The position numbers and the translations under genes were made by a program. From the NCBI GenBank assembly GCA_951406725.2, contig OX597827.1, positions 78,430,001 through 78,494,000 on the forward strand: 64,000 nt of DNA. The letters run 5' to 3'. The notes under the pieces are model-generated. The model made no database searches and was not told the DNA's origin. It saw nothing but the letters and a program-made list of their open reading frames with translations. Source of the DNA: Octopus vulgaris (taxonomy: Eukaryota). Of the stretch, positions 48,761-60,750 are shown one piece after another. Each line of letters starts with the position of its first letter. Positions within the stretch are counted from its first letter, which is position 1.

Positions 48761-49789
48761 TGTGTAGGTGTAAGGCAGCATTATTTTATTTCTGTGAACA
48801 TTTTCTTCTAATAATATATTCTTCTAAGATGAAAACCTATCTGCTACCGTAAAATTTTAAACAATACCGAGTTTTTATTCAATGAAACAAGTCAGCGGCT
48901 TTAGAAAAACAGCATAATAGGTTTTGGAGACTTATTTACATCTGAAAAGTAAACCATCAAGAGAAACAATTCCAATAAATACAACACTAGCGACTATTAT
49001 TTCACTCATCTGATGTCCATTTTTTTTTCTATGGAGAAAGTTATTAAGTTCACTCCACCAGCTCAATCACTGTGCAAGTGTCTTCTATTGTAGCCTTATG
49101 TTGACTAATGCCTTGAGTGATATTTGCTTGATGGAAATTGTGTTGAAGCCTACCGAATATGTCTATGGAGCTGTGGTAAGTCATGTTTGTGGGAAGGTGT
49201 GTGGTTTACAATCATAAAGTCATGGGTTCAGTTTTAAGACCTGGTAGTAAATTGTGTCCTTGAGTAAGGTACATCTTTTGACCGAAAATCTGAACCTGCC
49301 ATCTATTGAAGCAGCTCTCTCTCTCCGTCCAGCTGACACATCTTTAATGTCCCACAAGGGCAAAGATGGGAGGCTTTGAGAATGTCTACATCTCACAACT
49401 ATACAGACCCCTAAAAGCAATTAGGGAAAGGTGTGATCATACTCACAAATGACAGCTGACCTTTTTTTTTCATCTAATTCTTTTTAGCCACTTTCAAACG
49501 TAGTCCAATGATTTGGTTGCATCCAGTGCATTCATTGGTTCCTAAGGACAGGTTTGGCAATGCAAGCAAGGAAGACAGAACTCAAAACATAAGTAAATAT
49601 ATATTTTTTATTCATATTTAGTAGAAGCAACAAATCGAGTCAAGGGCTGAGAGTTTCATGCATCAGCACTGACCAAATTTTCCTCTGGGCAGTGTTAATC
49701 TTATAACTGGTAAATGGGGGAAAGTTGCTGGCCTTTGGTCTACCCTCATGCCTTAGAGGAAGGTGTTTATTGGTGGTAGTGGTATGGAT

Positions 49790-50105
49790 CAGAGTGTGCC
49801 ACCAGCACAAGGGGCCAGAGAAGCTGGCATCGACCACAATCGGATGGTGCTTTTTACATGCCACTGGCACAAGGGGCCAGGCATCAACTGCCATCAGATA
49901 GCACTTTTTACATGCCACCAGCATGGAAGCCAGTCAAGGCAGCATTGGCGTCGGCCACATTTGGATGGTACTTTTTACGTGCTACTGGCACAGGGCTCAC
50001 AACTACAATTTCCATTTGATTTGGTTTTGATATTGCTGATGTTGATGTTCTTGTACATCAGCCACTTTCGGATGATGCTTTTTATGTGCCACCGACACAG
50101 GGCCA
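49790..50105 (-). repeat. Degenerate array of the family M internal unit (about 4-5 copies)
   Basis: Repeated ggtgctttttac/atgtgccacc(a/g)gcaca blocks. Confidence 0.65.
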
Positions 50106-50405
50106 TGTACATATTCACACAATTCATCATTATTTGTGTTTACTTTTCTGTATGTATGGGTCAGAGCAAGTACGTTGAGGCAGAGTTTCTACAGCTGGGT
50201 GCTTGTTCCTGTTGCCAGTCCTCACCTGTTTGTAAGCAAGGTAATATTTTTCACAGACTTTTGGAACAACAAACTGCTCAATGGCCAGACATGTTTTCAT
50301 GGCAGATTGCAAATATATAACAATTTGCATGTTTTACATATTGGCTTCATCTTCAACCAGTGTGTATACATCGAGCCATGGAGAAGACACAAACACATAC
50401 AGGCT

Positions 50406-50441
<36 letters not shown>

Positions 50442-51165
50442 CAACTTCAGACAGTTTCCATCTACCAATTCACTCACACAGCATCAATTAGTTTACAGCC
50501 ACAATAGAAGACATTGACTGTGCCATGGAGTAGAACTGAATTCTAAACACCATGTGGTTCTGAAGTGAACTTCTTAACCAGACAGCCATGCCTCTGTGTG
50601 TGTGTGTGCGTATATATATGTATATGTATATATGTATTGTTATATTTTGGGATGGTCTTTTTTTCTTGCCAAATAAACACACACGCATTATATATTTGAA
50701 AGGAGCAGTCTGATGAAGGCAAGTAAACAGAAACTCTAAAGTCAGTCAACCTTTTTCTTATATATGTATATGCACATACATATCTTTTGCACCCATTTTT
50801 CTATAGGTGTAATCTTTTTTCCATTGAATTATTTTTACAGCTGAGTGGTAACCTTCCTGGTGCTAATCACTCAATCATGAATAGAACCGGTGGAGTTCTT
50901 TTTGTCAACCAGAAAAACTGTAGAAAGCAGTGTTGTGTTGTTTAGGAGGAACACAATGGCTATGTAACCCTTTATAGTCAACAGTTTCAACATCTACAGC
51001 TCACAGACGTTACAGGATACCAACTTAAGACTGCCCTTTGAGCAAGGCTACCAATCTGTGAAAACCACCCTATATTAAAATTGCAATTAGGATTTAATCC
51101 CTACCAAAATCTCACTGTACTATAAATGATAACAAGGCCCTTATTTAATTCTATATTAACTATAA

Positions 51166-53209
51166 CCCTTTAGCATTTAAACCAGCCACATCAGGCCGAA
51201 ATATTCTATCTATTGTAGTTCAAGCTGGCCAGATCTGACATTTCACACCTACCCTACCATTCTAAATATAAGCAATCACTTCATCAAAATTTTGTAGCTA
51301 CAAGATAATCATCATCGTTTAACATCCATTTTCCATGCTAGCATGGGTTGAACGGTTTGACCGGGGTCTGTGAAGCCAGAAGGCTGTACCAGGCTCCAGT
51401 CTGATCTGGCAGTGTTTCAACAGCTGGATGCCCTTCCTAACGCCAACCACTCCGTGAGTGTAGTGGGTGCTTTTTACATGCCAGGCGAGGCTGGCAACGT
51501 CCATGATCAGTTGGTGCTTTTATGTGCCACCGGCACAGAAGCCAGCCAAGGCAGCGCTGGCATCAGCCACGTTCGGTTGGTGCTTTTATGTGCCACCGGC
51601 ACAGAAGCCAGTCAAGGCAGCGCTGGCATCAGCCACGTTCGGTTGGTGCTTTTATGTGCCACCGGCACAGAAGCCAGTCAAGGCAGCGCTGGCATCAGCC
51701 ACGTTCGGTTGGTGCTTTTATGTGCCACCGGCACAGAAGCCAGTCAAGGCAGCGCTGGCATCAGCCACGTTCGGTTGGTGCTTTTATGTGCCACCGGCAC
51801 AGAAGCCAGTCAAGGCAGGGCTGGCATCAGCCACGTTCGGATGATGCTTTTTATGTGCCACCAGCACAGAAGCCAGTCAAGGCAGGGCTGGCATCAGCCA
51901 CGTTCGGATGGTGCTTTTATGTGCCACCGGCACAGAAGCCAGTCAAGGCAGGGCTGGCATCAGCCACGTTCGGATGATGCTTTTTATGTGCCACCAGCAC
52001 AGAAGCCAGTCAAGGCAGGGCTGGCATCAGCCACGTTCGGATGGTGCTTTTATGTGCCACCAGCACAGAAGCCAGTCAAGGCAACGCTGGCATCAGCCAC
52101 GTTCGGATGGTGCTTTTATGTGCCACCAGCACAGAAGCCAGTCAAGGCAGGGCTGGCATCAGCCACGTTCGGATGATGCTTTTTATGTGCCACCAGCACA
52201 GAAGCCAGTCAAGGCAGGGCTGGCATCAGCCACGTTCGGATGGTGCTTTTATGTGCCACCGGCACAGAAGCCAGCCAAGGCAGCGCTGGCATCGGCCACG
52301 TTCGGTTGGTGCTTTTATGTGCCACCGGCACAGAAGCCAGTCAAGGCAGGGCTGGCATCGGCCACGTTCGGTTGGTGCTTTTATGTGCCACCGGCACAGA
52401 AGCCAGTCAAGGCAGCGCTGGCATCGGCCACGTTCGGTTGGTGCTTTTATGTGCCACCGGCACAGAAGCCAGCCAAGGCAGCGCTGGCATCGGCCACGTT
52501 CGGTTGGTGCTTTTATGTGCCACCGGCACAGAAGCCAGTCAAGGCAGCGCTGGCATCGGCCACGTTCGGTTGGTGCTTTTATGTGCCACCGGCACAGAAG
52601 CCAGCCAAGGCAGCGCTGGCATCGGCCACGTTCGGTTGGTGCTTTTATGTGCCACCGGCACAGAAGCCAGCCAAGGCAGCGCTGGCATCGGCCACGTTCG
52701 GTTGGTGCTTTTATGTGCCACCGGCACAGAAGCCAGCCAAGGCAGCGCTGGCATCGGCCACGTTCGGTTGGTGCTTTTATGTGCCACCGGCACAGAAGCC
52801 AGTCAAGGCAGGGCTGGCATCGGCCACGTTCGGTTGGTGCTTTTATGTGCCACCGGCACGAAGCCAGTCAAGGCAGCGCTGGCATCGGCCACGTTCGGTT
52901 GGTGCTTTTATGTGCCACCGGCCGAAGCCAGCCAAGGCAGCGCTGGCATCGGCCACATTCGGTTGGTGCTTTTATGTGCCACCGGCACAGAAGCCAGTCA
53001 AGGCAGCGCTGGCATCGGCCACGTTCGGTTGGTGCTTTTATGTGCCACCGGCACAGAAGCCAGCCAAGGCAGCGCTGGCATCGGCCACGTTCGGTTGGTG
53101 CTTTTATGTGCCACCGGCACAGAAGCCAGCCAAGGCAGGGCTGGCATCGGCCACGTTCGGTTGGTGCTTTTTACATTACATTTGACAGAGTAATCTGAAC
53201 ACCAAAGGG
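51166..53209. mobile_element. piggyBac-like MITE interrupted by a family M SINE and its tandem array
   Basis: ccctttagcatttaaacc...ctacaagataat [insert 51308-53172] cattacatttgacagagtaatctgaacaccaaaggg-TTAA. Confidence 0.65.
51511..53170. repeat. Minisatellite, 25 x 66 bp, attached to a minus-strand family M SINE (51308-51510)
   Basis: Unit ttggtgcttttatgtgccaccggcacagaagccagtcaaggcagcgctggcatcagccacgttcgg; 1650 bp / 66 = 25. Confidence 0.95.
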
Positions 53210-53334
53210 TTAAAGTTGAAGTTATTTTATCCTTTTTGTACCAATCTACCTGAGACTATTCCTGGTTCTAAGATACAAACTTCTTGTTTTGAGGTGATTT
53301 AAATTTAAACTTTCTATCAGAATTTGACATTAAA

Positions 53335-53721
53335 TTTCTCTCTATATAAAGCTGAAGTTGTCTGTGTGCCAGGTTTGGTAGCCTTCAACTAACACTATCT
53401 CCTCCGAGACCCTGCAGTGTAAGTTGACCAAAATTGAGAGTATGATAGAAGAAGGCTTGCTCTTCCTTCTGTAGAAGATAAAATTCAAATCGGACCATGT
53501 TAACACTAAAAATTATTTACATCAAAAAGGTGCTTCTTTTCTATGAAAATCCCTATTTTTTAAGATTTTTTTATTGCTTTGTTGCCATTTTTCAGTGTAT
53601 TTCAACCAAAATGTTCACTTAAAGAGAATAACAAGCTACATATTGCAAAACTTTTACTTTTCAAAAATTCCAATTCTAAAGGGTCGAAACAAACCTAAGC
53701 AACGCCAGGCGATACTGTTAG
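53335..53721 (+). mobile_element. Non-autonomous Helitron-like element inside a degenerate piggyBac-like MITE (about 53230-53840)
   Basis: 5' TC(TC)TATATAAAG start, 3' hairpin cctaagcaacgccagg then ctgttag (CTAG-like) before T; no TSD. Confidence 0.6.
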
Positions 53722-53974
53722 TTTATGTTACAAAATTCAGCTTAATAAAGACAAAGTTATTTTACTAGATTCTTTTTTCTTCAAAATTAATTGAATCAAA
53801 TCAATGTATTTTGACAGAGATACGGAAACAAACGAGTTAAGAGGCTGAACTACTGACAGACTTTGATAGGGAAAAATTCAAACGTTATCATTATGGCTAT
53901 AATCTGCTGGCTTCAGACTACCTGGCTGACAAAATGGGTCCACTCCTATTTCACAAAAGAGTGGTCAGTGATAA

Positions 53975-54270
53975 GATCTATATCACGTGACCGACCAGGC
54001 TATCAGATGTTGCTACACATTGCTGGTCACAATGCGCTTCGCATTGTTTTAGCCTTCAAATGATGCCACTCCGCTGGCTAAGCAAGCTGGCCAACAGAAG
54101 AAAGAGTGAGAGAAAGTTGCAGCGAAAGAGTACAGCAGGGATTGCCACCACCCCCTGCCAGAGCCTCGTGGAGCTTTAGGTGTTTTCGCTCAATAAACAC
54201 TACGCCCAGTCTGGGAATCGAAACCGCGATCCTATGACCGCGAGTCCGCTGCCCTAACCACTGGGCCATA
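53975..54270 (-). mobile_element. SINE with a family C head and a different 3' tail
   Basis: 54100-54270 matches the family C head and body; 53975-54100 is unrelated to the family C tail. Confidence 0.75.
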
Positions 54271-54328
54271 TACACAACAACAAAAATAAAATGAAGAGTC
54301 AACAGCAAAGATAAATGTCTTCATTTTC

Positions 54329-54334
54329 TTTATT
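54329..54334 (-). promoter_or_regulatory. Probable polyadenylation signal of ZNF gene 3
   Basis: AATAAA on the - strand about 2.1 kb after the stop, followed by T-rich sequence. Confidence 0.45.
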
Positions 54335-55389
54335 TAGTATGTGGCATAGAGGGGTGTTAGAAATAAAAGGGGAGCGACAAGTGAGGTGTTAATTAAGAGT
54401 CAAGCTGGAAGATTCCTTTTAACATAGTCCGGAGTTAAACTGATGTCTCAGCTATGCTTGGAGTTGAGCTCATTGTGTCACTGAAGTCTGGAGTTAAACT
54501 AGGATTCCACTTGAGAGACTGAAAATGGAAGTTGAGTTGATGTCCCCACTCAACACAGTTTTGTAACTCAATCTCAAGAACAATAAGTAAAGATGAATGA
54601 GGGAGAAGATAAGGGATCCCTGCTCCATGTCTGTGGTTTCAGGTTCAAATAGAAATGACAAGAGGAAGAAAGCACGGTCATGGGCCAGAAAGAGAAAGAA
54701 AAGAGGATTTCTTTCAAAAACACCAAAATGAGATGGTGAGGTGGTGAGATGAGTGACTGGATCACATGACCACATTGGAATGGTGACTGATGGGGGAGGG
54801 TGACAAAGCGACAGGGTTACAGTTGAGATGGGAAACCAGGTAAAAGTGAAGTGAAAACTGACTGATTACCATAAATGGTCAAAAAGAGCAGGTGGCCCTT
54901 TGTGAAAGAGGAGGATGCAAAGTGCTAAGATGACCAGGTTTTCGTAGGATATGACTAAGGGTCGACAACTCTGAATGTCAAAACCTGCCACTGACAGCGA
55001 ATTGGAAGTTGTCACAAAATGAGGGATGGTTATGACAGATGTGAGATCAGAAAACAATGAATGGATGAGAGAAATATAAAGTCAGAAAATAATAGATGGT
55101 GTGATTGGTATGAGATCAGATAATGGTGGATGGTATGAGGTTACAATGAATAGCAATTTGAACATGGAACGATATTCTGAATGGAATGCAAATTGCTCTC
55201 CTGAACCTGGCCAAAGCACAGTCCTTGTGATCAAATCCAAAATCGATCCAATTGAAAGCCATTCTGATAACTCAGATCAGGTCATTGAACTTCTGTTGGG
55301 GGGTTTCCCTTAACAAGTTGGATGGTAAGAAATAAACAGTAACAAAATGAAACAAAAATAGAATCCCTTCTTCCAGTTTTAATTTGAGC

Positions 55390-55750
55390 CCTGTGCCAGT
55401 CACCGTTGTATGCTGTGACAAGTCTCAATCCTCTGCCAGTTCCCTTTTTTCCATGATGACAGGTCTTAACTCTCTACCAGCCAGTTGTTTACTGTGACAT
55501 GTCTCAACTCTCTCCCAGCCAATTTCACATTATCACACCTCACTCACCACCAGTCACAGATGTAGTGACATGTCTCAACCCCCTACCAGTCACAGCTGTA
55601 CACTATGACATGTCTTAACCTCCCTCCCATCTATCCACCTGTCATAGGTGTACACTGTGACATGTCTCAACCCTCTACCAGTCAGTTTTACCTTATGACA
55701 TGTCCTAACCCTCTACCAGTCGCAGTTGTATGCTGTGACATGTCTCGACT
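55390..55750. repeat. Degenerate 40-bp tandem repeat, about 9 copies
   Basis: Consensus ccagtcacagttgtacactgtgacatgtctcaaccctcta. Confidence 0.8.
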
Positions 55751-56440
55751 GCCTATGCAATGCCACATGTGATCAGAGACTACTCATACAGTTGGTTTTG
55801 TCTGATCCAGATTCAAGAATGCTATAGATGTTCTGATGTATCTGGAGTGCCGTGTGCAAGAGGAGGAGGAGAAAGATATCTATCACAGGATGTATGTATG
55901 TGAATGCAGACACCTTGGTACTGTCACATATCCAGTGTTGTGGCCTTCATACTGTCACTTGTGCTACACTCTCCTGTCGTATATAATTCATATATATATC
56001 CATACACTGTCTCTAATACAATACTCTGCTGTGGTGACACACACAGTTACAATGCCTTGCTTTAACGTAACACACTGGCCTGTTCAATGATGATACACTG
56101 TTACACAGTTATGTCAGCTGACATAAAGTCTCTTTTTAACATGGATTCATTCTATAATCATATCCTGACTGTAATACAGTTATTCCCAACAGCACCTTGG
56201 CACAATGCTTTTTGTCTGCCATGGTACACTGTTATACATAGTTGTGGTGGTTTTCTGTCACAATGTAACAACAGTTTTATGCCTGTCACAGTGTAACTAA
56301 ATTTCATTGTGTGAAGTCATAATACTGATATGACACATTGCAGGCTTACGTTACATAGAGAGGGTCTTTTTTATAAAATTCTGTGTTGGTGTTACACTGT
56401 GACAGGAGCTGTACAGTTTATCCTTTGTACTGACATTTTC

Positions 56441-58003
56441 CTAATGCTTTCCTTTGTGATGAGAGTTGGGTTTATTCAGATCCAGTTGTATTCCGTGTTT
56501 GTTTGGGTGCTGGCTAGTGCAGCCAGTTCCAGCACTACACACCACCCCCACACCGCTACTGTGCACTCCAACAATGCCGCCATTGCAAGGAAACACACTG
56601 CCGGGGGGGACTGTTGGCACGGCAGTGCTATCACTCCAAGCAGTGACGGGAAAGCCACGAGACCAACAGTAGCTGTTTGGCAGCCTGTCTGGCACCATCA
56701 CTTGATGGGGATGCAGGTGATCCTGAGGGTGTGTGGAAAATGATGAGGCACAACAGGGTGATGCGCTCATCATTAACGAAGCTGAAGGGGCAGGAGACAC
56801 ATTGAGTGTGTGAACTGTTTGTTGCTGTGATGAAGGCGTGGTGGAGGCTGGCGCTGGTGCCGGGGTTGAATTCATGTCCACAACTGAGGCCGTCGTGTTT
56901 TCTGCTGTTGATTGTGATGATGCTTTCTGAATGTCTTCCGAAGTGTGTGTGCGTTCGTGCTTCTTCAGATTAGCTCGCTGCGAGAAGGACTTCTGACAGA
57001 TCAAGCACGTGTATGGCTTCTCGCCGCTGTGGATGCGCTTGTGGTTGTTGAGATGTGCACGCTGTGCAAATGACTTGGAGCAAGTGGTGCACCTGTATGG
57101 TCTCTCGCCGCTGTGAATACGTTCGTGGTTGTTTAAATGATCTCGCTGAGCAAAAGACTTGGAACACACACCACAGTGATAGGGTTTCAAGCCTGTATGG
57201 ATGCGCTCGTGGTTGTCCAAGTTGCTGCGCTGTGCAAATGATTTGCCGCAGTAGGCACAGCTGAATGGCCTAAGACCAGTGTGCACTCGTTCATGCTTAG
57301 CAAGATGTGCACTTTGGCTGAACCCTTTGCCGCAGAAGGTGCAGTGGAATGGCTTCTCGCCTGTGTGTATGCGATGGTGGTTTTTCAAATGAGCCCGCTG
57401 TGAAAAAGCCTTCGAGCAAACCTGACATTTAAAAGGCCGATGACCACTGTGTGTCCGCGAGTGGTTGTTGAGGTGATCTTTCTGCGTGAACGACTTCTGG
57501 CAAATGTCGCAGTGAAAGTTCCTCTCTCCCGTGTGAATAGCTTGGTGACTCTTCAACTTGTCTCTCTGTGAAAACGCCTTGAAACAATAGCCACAACTGA
57601 AATGCTTTTCCGTAGCAGGGGCATTTTCGTGATGGTCCAAGTTCGCTCTGCGAGAAAAGGCCTTCCGGCATATGTCACACTTGAATGGTTTCTTACTTGT
57701 GGCACTGTTGCTGCTGTTGTTTACGTGTTGATGGTTGGCTGAAGACACAGCGGGGACAGAGCTGGAAATTCCTTGAGCTATGATAGTTGAGGTCTGAAGT
57801 GGTAGTGTTGGTTGTGGTTGCTGTGGTGGCGGTGGTGGTGGTGGTTGCTGTTGTGGTTGTGGTGGTTGCTGTTGTTGTTGTTGTGGGACAGGTTGTTTCA
57901 AGTTCACTTTCAGCTGTTGTGGCTGGTGGTGGTGGTGGTGGTGGTGATGCAAGTCGTTTTGGGGAAAAGCTTGTGGAAACGCCATAGACTGTACGGAATA
58001 CAT
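56441..58003 (-). CDS. C2H2 zinc-finger protein 3 (520 aa; 8 complete fingers plus 1 degenerate; H/Q/P-rich N-terminus)
   Basis: Intact ORF, gccATG start, TGEKP/SGERP linkers. Acceptor ttttgtttgttttttccag opens the exon at 58694. Confidence 0.93.
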   Translation of the reverse strand: MYSVQSMAFPQAFPQNDLHHHHHHHHQPQQLKVNLKQPVPQQQQQQPPQPQQQPPPPPPPQQPQPTLPLQTSTIIAQGISSSVPAVSSANHQHVNNSSNSATSKKPFKCDICRKAFSRRANLDHHENAPATEKHFSCGYCFKAFSQRDKLKSHQAIHTGERNFHCDICQKSFTQKDHLNNHSRTHSGHRPFKCQVCSKAFSQRAHLKNHHRIHTGEKPFHCTFCGKGFSQSAHLAKHERVHTGLRPFSCAYCGKSFAQRSNLDNHERIHTGLKPYHCGVCSKSFAQRDHLNNHERIHSGERPYRCTTCSKSFAQRAHLNNHKRIHSGEKPYTCLICQKSFSQRANLKKHERTHTSEDIQKASSQSTAENTTASVVDMNSTPAPAPASTTPSSQQQTVHTLNVSPAPSASLMMSASPCCASSFSTHPQDHLHPHQVMVPDRLPNSYCWSRGFPVTAWSDSTAVPTVPPGSVFPCNGGIVGVHSSGVGVVCSAGTGCTSQHPNKHGIQLDLNKPNSHHKGKH

Positions 58004-58449
58004 GGCTCTTTACACATAATCCAAACTGGATGAGCAGGAAGAGGATGGCAGCAGTTTTATTTAATCCACTGTAATCCACAGGGTCGTATTTCAATATATT
58101 TCCGTTTTTTTCTGAATTCAAACAAAGATTTGTATAAAGTTGTAAACAAAAAATAATAATAATTATCCAGCTTTTAATGAATTCTTATTTCAGTGGAAAC
58201 TGCAGATCCATCCATTGAAACAGCAGGCTTTTTTGCTTTCTTACTGGACTTTCTTACCAATAGATTTAGTTTCTGACTTTGTCTTCAACAATATTTGAAA
58301 TGACTCGGAGTAATTTGTTGATACTCTCTCCAAATATTTCCCATTCTAACAATTGATAAGATTAAAGAATAAACTTTTGTCTGGGTTTCTGTTTCTTCAG
58401 AGAATTCTTATGCTGTCCTCCAGTTGTAATAAAGTATGTGCACACACGG

Positions 58450-58480
<31 letters not shown>

Positions 58481-59359
58481 GAGAGAGAGATAAATAGATA
58501 TAAATATGAGAGCAGGGGCTTTTCTTGAGAAGAAGAGGTAGCAGACTTGAAATGAAAACCAAAAGCCTGTTTGTCATTGAAGGAGAGTTTTGAAATGTTT
58601 CTTATGAAGCGTCATTAATCTCTGGGGTTATTCAAGGAAATCTTTCCAGAATTCCTCACAGGTACAGCCAGTTCAGTACTCCAAGTTTTAATATCTGGAA
58701 AAAACAAACAAAAACAAAAGTCTTACAACAAAGAGCATAATGAAAAATATTTAAACTTTGAGTTTACAATATAAACCATATAAAGAGGCTTAACAAATAT
58801 CTAGTTACATTGCACTCATTAGCAAACAATTTCCTCAGTGAGTCAATGAAGAGGCCTCTAAGGAGCCAGTCAATTGGCTAGAAATAGCAGCCACATCACC
58901 ATAAAATCACACACTCCAATCTTAAAAAATAGCAAAACACAACAGATAATATAATCCTAAATATGGTTGGCCATGGTTGGAATGTCTTTGATTCACCTCG
59001 GGCTGAACAAAAATGACAAACGACACATTGAATAATGGAGTCCAAGGTACACAGATAACTTGACACTGAAATAACAACACCATCAACATGACTAACATTA
59101 GATAATGTAGTCCTAGATATACTGTGCCTGAATAATAGAGGAGTGGGTCACCACTGGAACACATTTTACCAGGGATCAACGAGATCAGAGGCAGACCTGG
59201 GGCATTTTGAACATAAATTGAGAGAAACCTCTGAGGAAAGACATTCCATTACCAAATTTCTGTTCAAGTTTCAATTAATTTTCAAAGTAATGACAAATTT
59301 AGACAAATAACTAATAAAAGTCTAATAAAAAAAAATCCATCGCCTATTACTAATAAATG

Positions 59360-59845
59360 CTACATATATACATACACATATGTATATACACGTGTGTGTG
59401 TGTATATATATATATACATACAAATGTATATACGTACATACATACACACGTATATACATACATATAAATATATATACATATGTATATACATACACATACG
59501 TGTATACATACATACGTACACATGTATATACATATACAGACATACATATATATACACACACACACATGTATATATACACATACATATATATACACACAAA
59601 CACACACATGTATATATACACATACATATATATACACACAAACACACACATGTATATATACATATAGACATTCATATATACACATATATATATATACAAA
59701 TATATGTAAATACATATATATATATATATACACATGTATGTATATACATACATATATATACACATGTATGTATATACATACATATATATATACACAAGTA
59801 TGTATATACATACATATATATACACATGTATGTATATACATACAC

Positions 59846-59876
<31 letters not shown>

Positions 59877-60000
59877 TGTATATACATACATATATATGTA
59901 TAGACATACAAATATATTTATAGACATACACATACATGTATAGACATACATACATACATATATGTCCACACATATATATATGTGTGGACATACATATGTA
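59360..60000. repeat. Complex (TA/CA)n microsatellite
   Basis: 640 bp of tatatacacat-type units. Confidence 0.95.
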
Positions 60001-60750
60001 TTGGGTTGGCAACTAAGTTCCCGCTGTTTTTTAAAATTCTATTTTTGAATCATTTTGGAATCTATTTTGTTTTTTTTCTAGTTAATTTTTGTTTATTTTC
60101 AGATCATTAAAATGGATTGTCAAGACGAGTATTTTCGACACCTCCTGCTCTTTGCTTTTAATCAAGGTTCTAAGGCTGCAAAAGCTGCTCGTGACATTTA
60201 TGCTGTGTATGGAGAGGGTGCCATAGCTGAAAGAACTGCTTTTGATTGGTATGTCATGTTCAAAAATGGAAATTTTGACCTCAAAGATGCATCTCACTCT
60301 GGCTGTCGAGTTGAGTTCGAGGAAGAGCGATTAAACTAACTTTTGCGAAAAAATTCTTGTCAAACGAGAAGGGAGCTGGCAGAGAAAATGGAATGCTCCC
60401 ATACGGCTATAGAGAAGCATCTTCACTCGATGGGAAAGGTTCAGAAGTATGGAACACGGGTTCCACATGCTTTAAGTGACAACAACAAAAATCAACGAGC
60501 CTCAATCTCCGCTGGTTTGCTTGCTCGTCACTGCTCAACTCATGGACACAAGCAACGATTTCTTTACCGAATTGTTACTGGCGATGAAAAATGGTGCCTG
60601 TACATCAATATGAAGCAGCGTAAGGAATAGCTTAGCCCCGGTAAACAAGCAACGCTGTACATGAAACAAGATCTTCATTTGTGTAAAACGATGTTATGCA
60701 TATGATGGGACTGGGAAGGGATTATCCATTACGAATTGCTTGAATGGAAC
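60001..60750 (+). mobile_element. Mariner transposon, 5' part (second subfamily), truncated
   Basis: TA-ttgggttggcaactaag TIR; MDCQDEYFRHLLLFAF..., VPHAL and IVTGDEKW motifs with in-frame stops. Confidence 0.88.

Noticed and set aside
51511-53170. CRISPR-like array
   Set aside because: Pure tandem units without unique spacers, no cas genes, eukaryotic context.
51370-53198. Long ORFs (268-425 aa) in all three + frames
   Set aside because: They arise from a stop-free 66-bp tandem unit inside a SINE; no gene signals.
55640-55665. Iron-responsive element (CAGUGU on the - strand)
   Set aside because: No 5-bp stem closing the hexaloop and no bulged C.
59322-60012. Y/I/C/V/M-rich ORFs
   Set aside because: Microsatellite translation artefacts.
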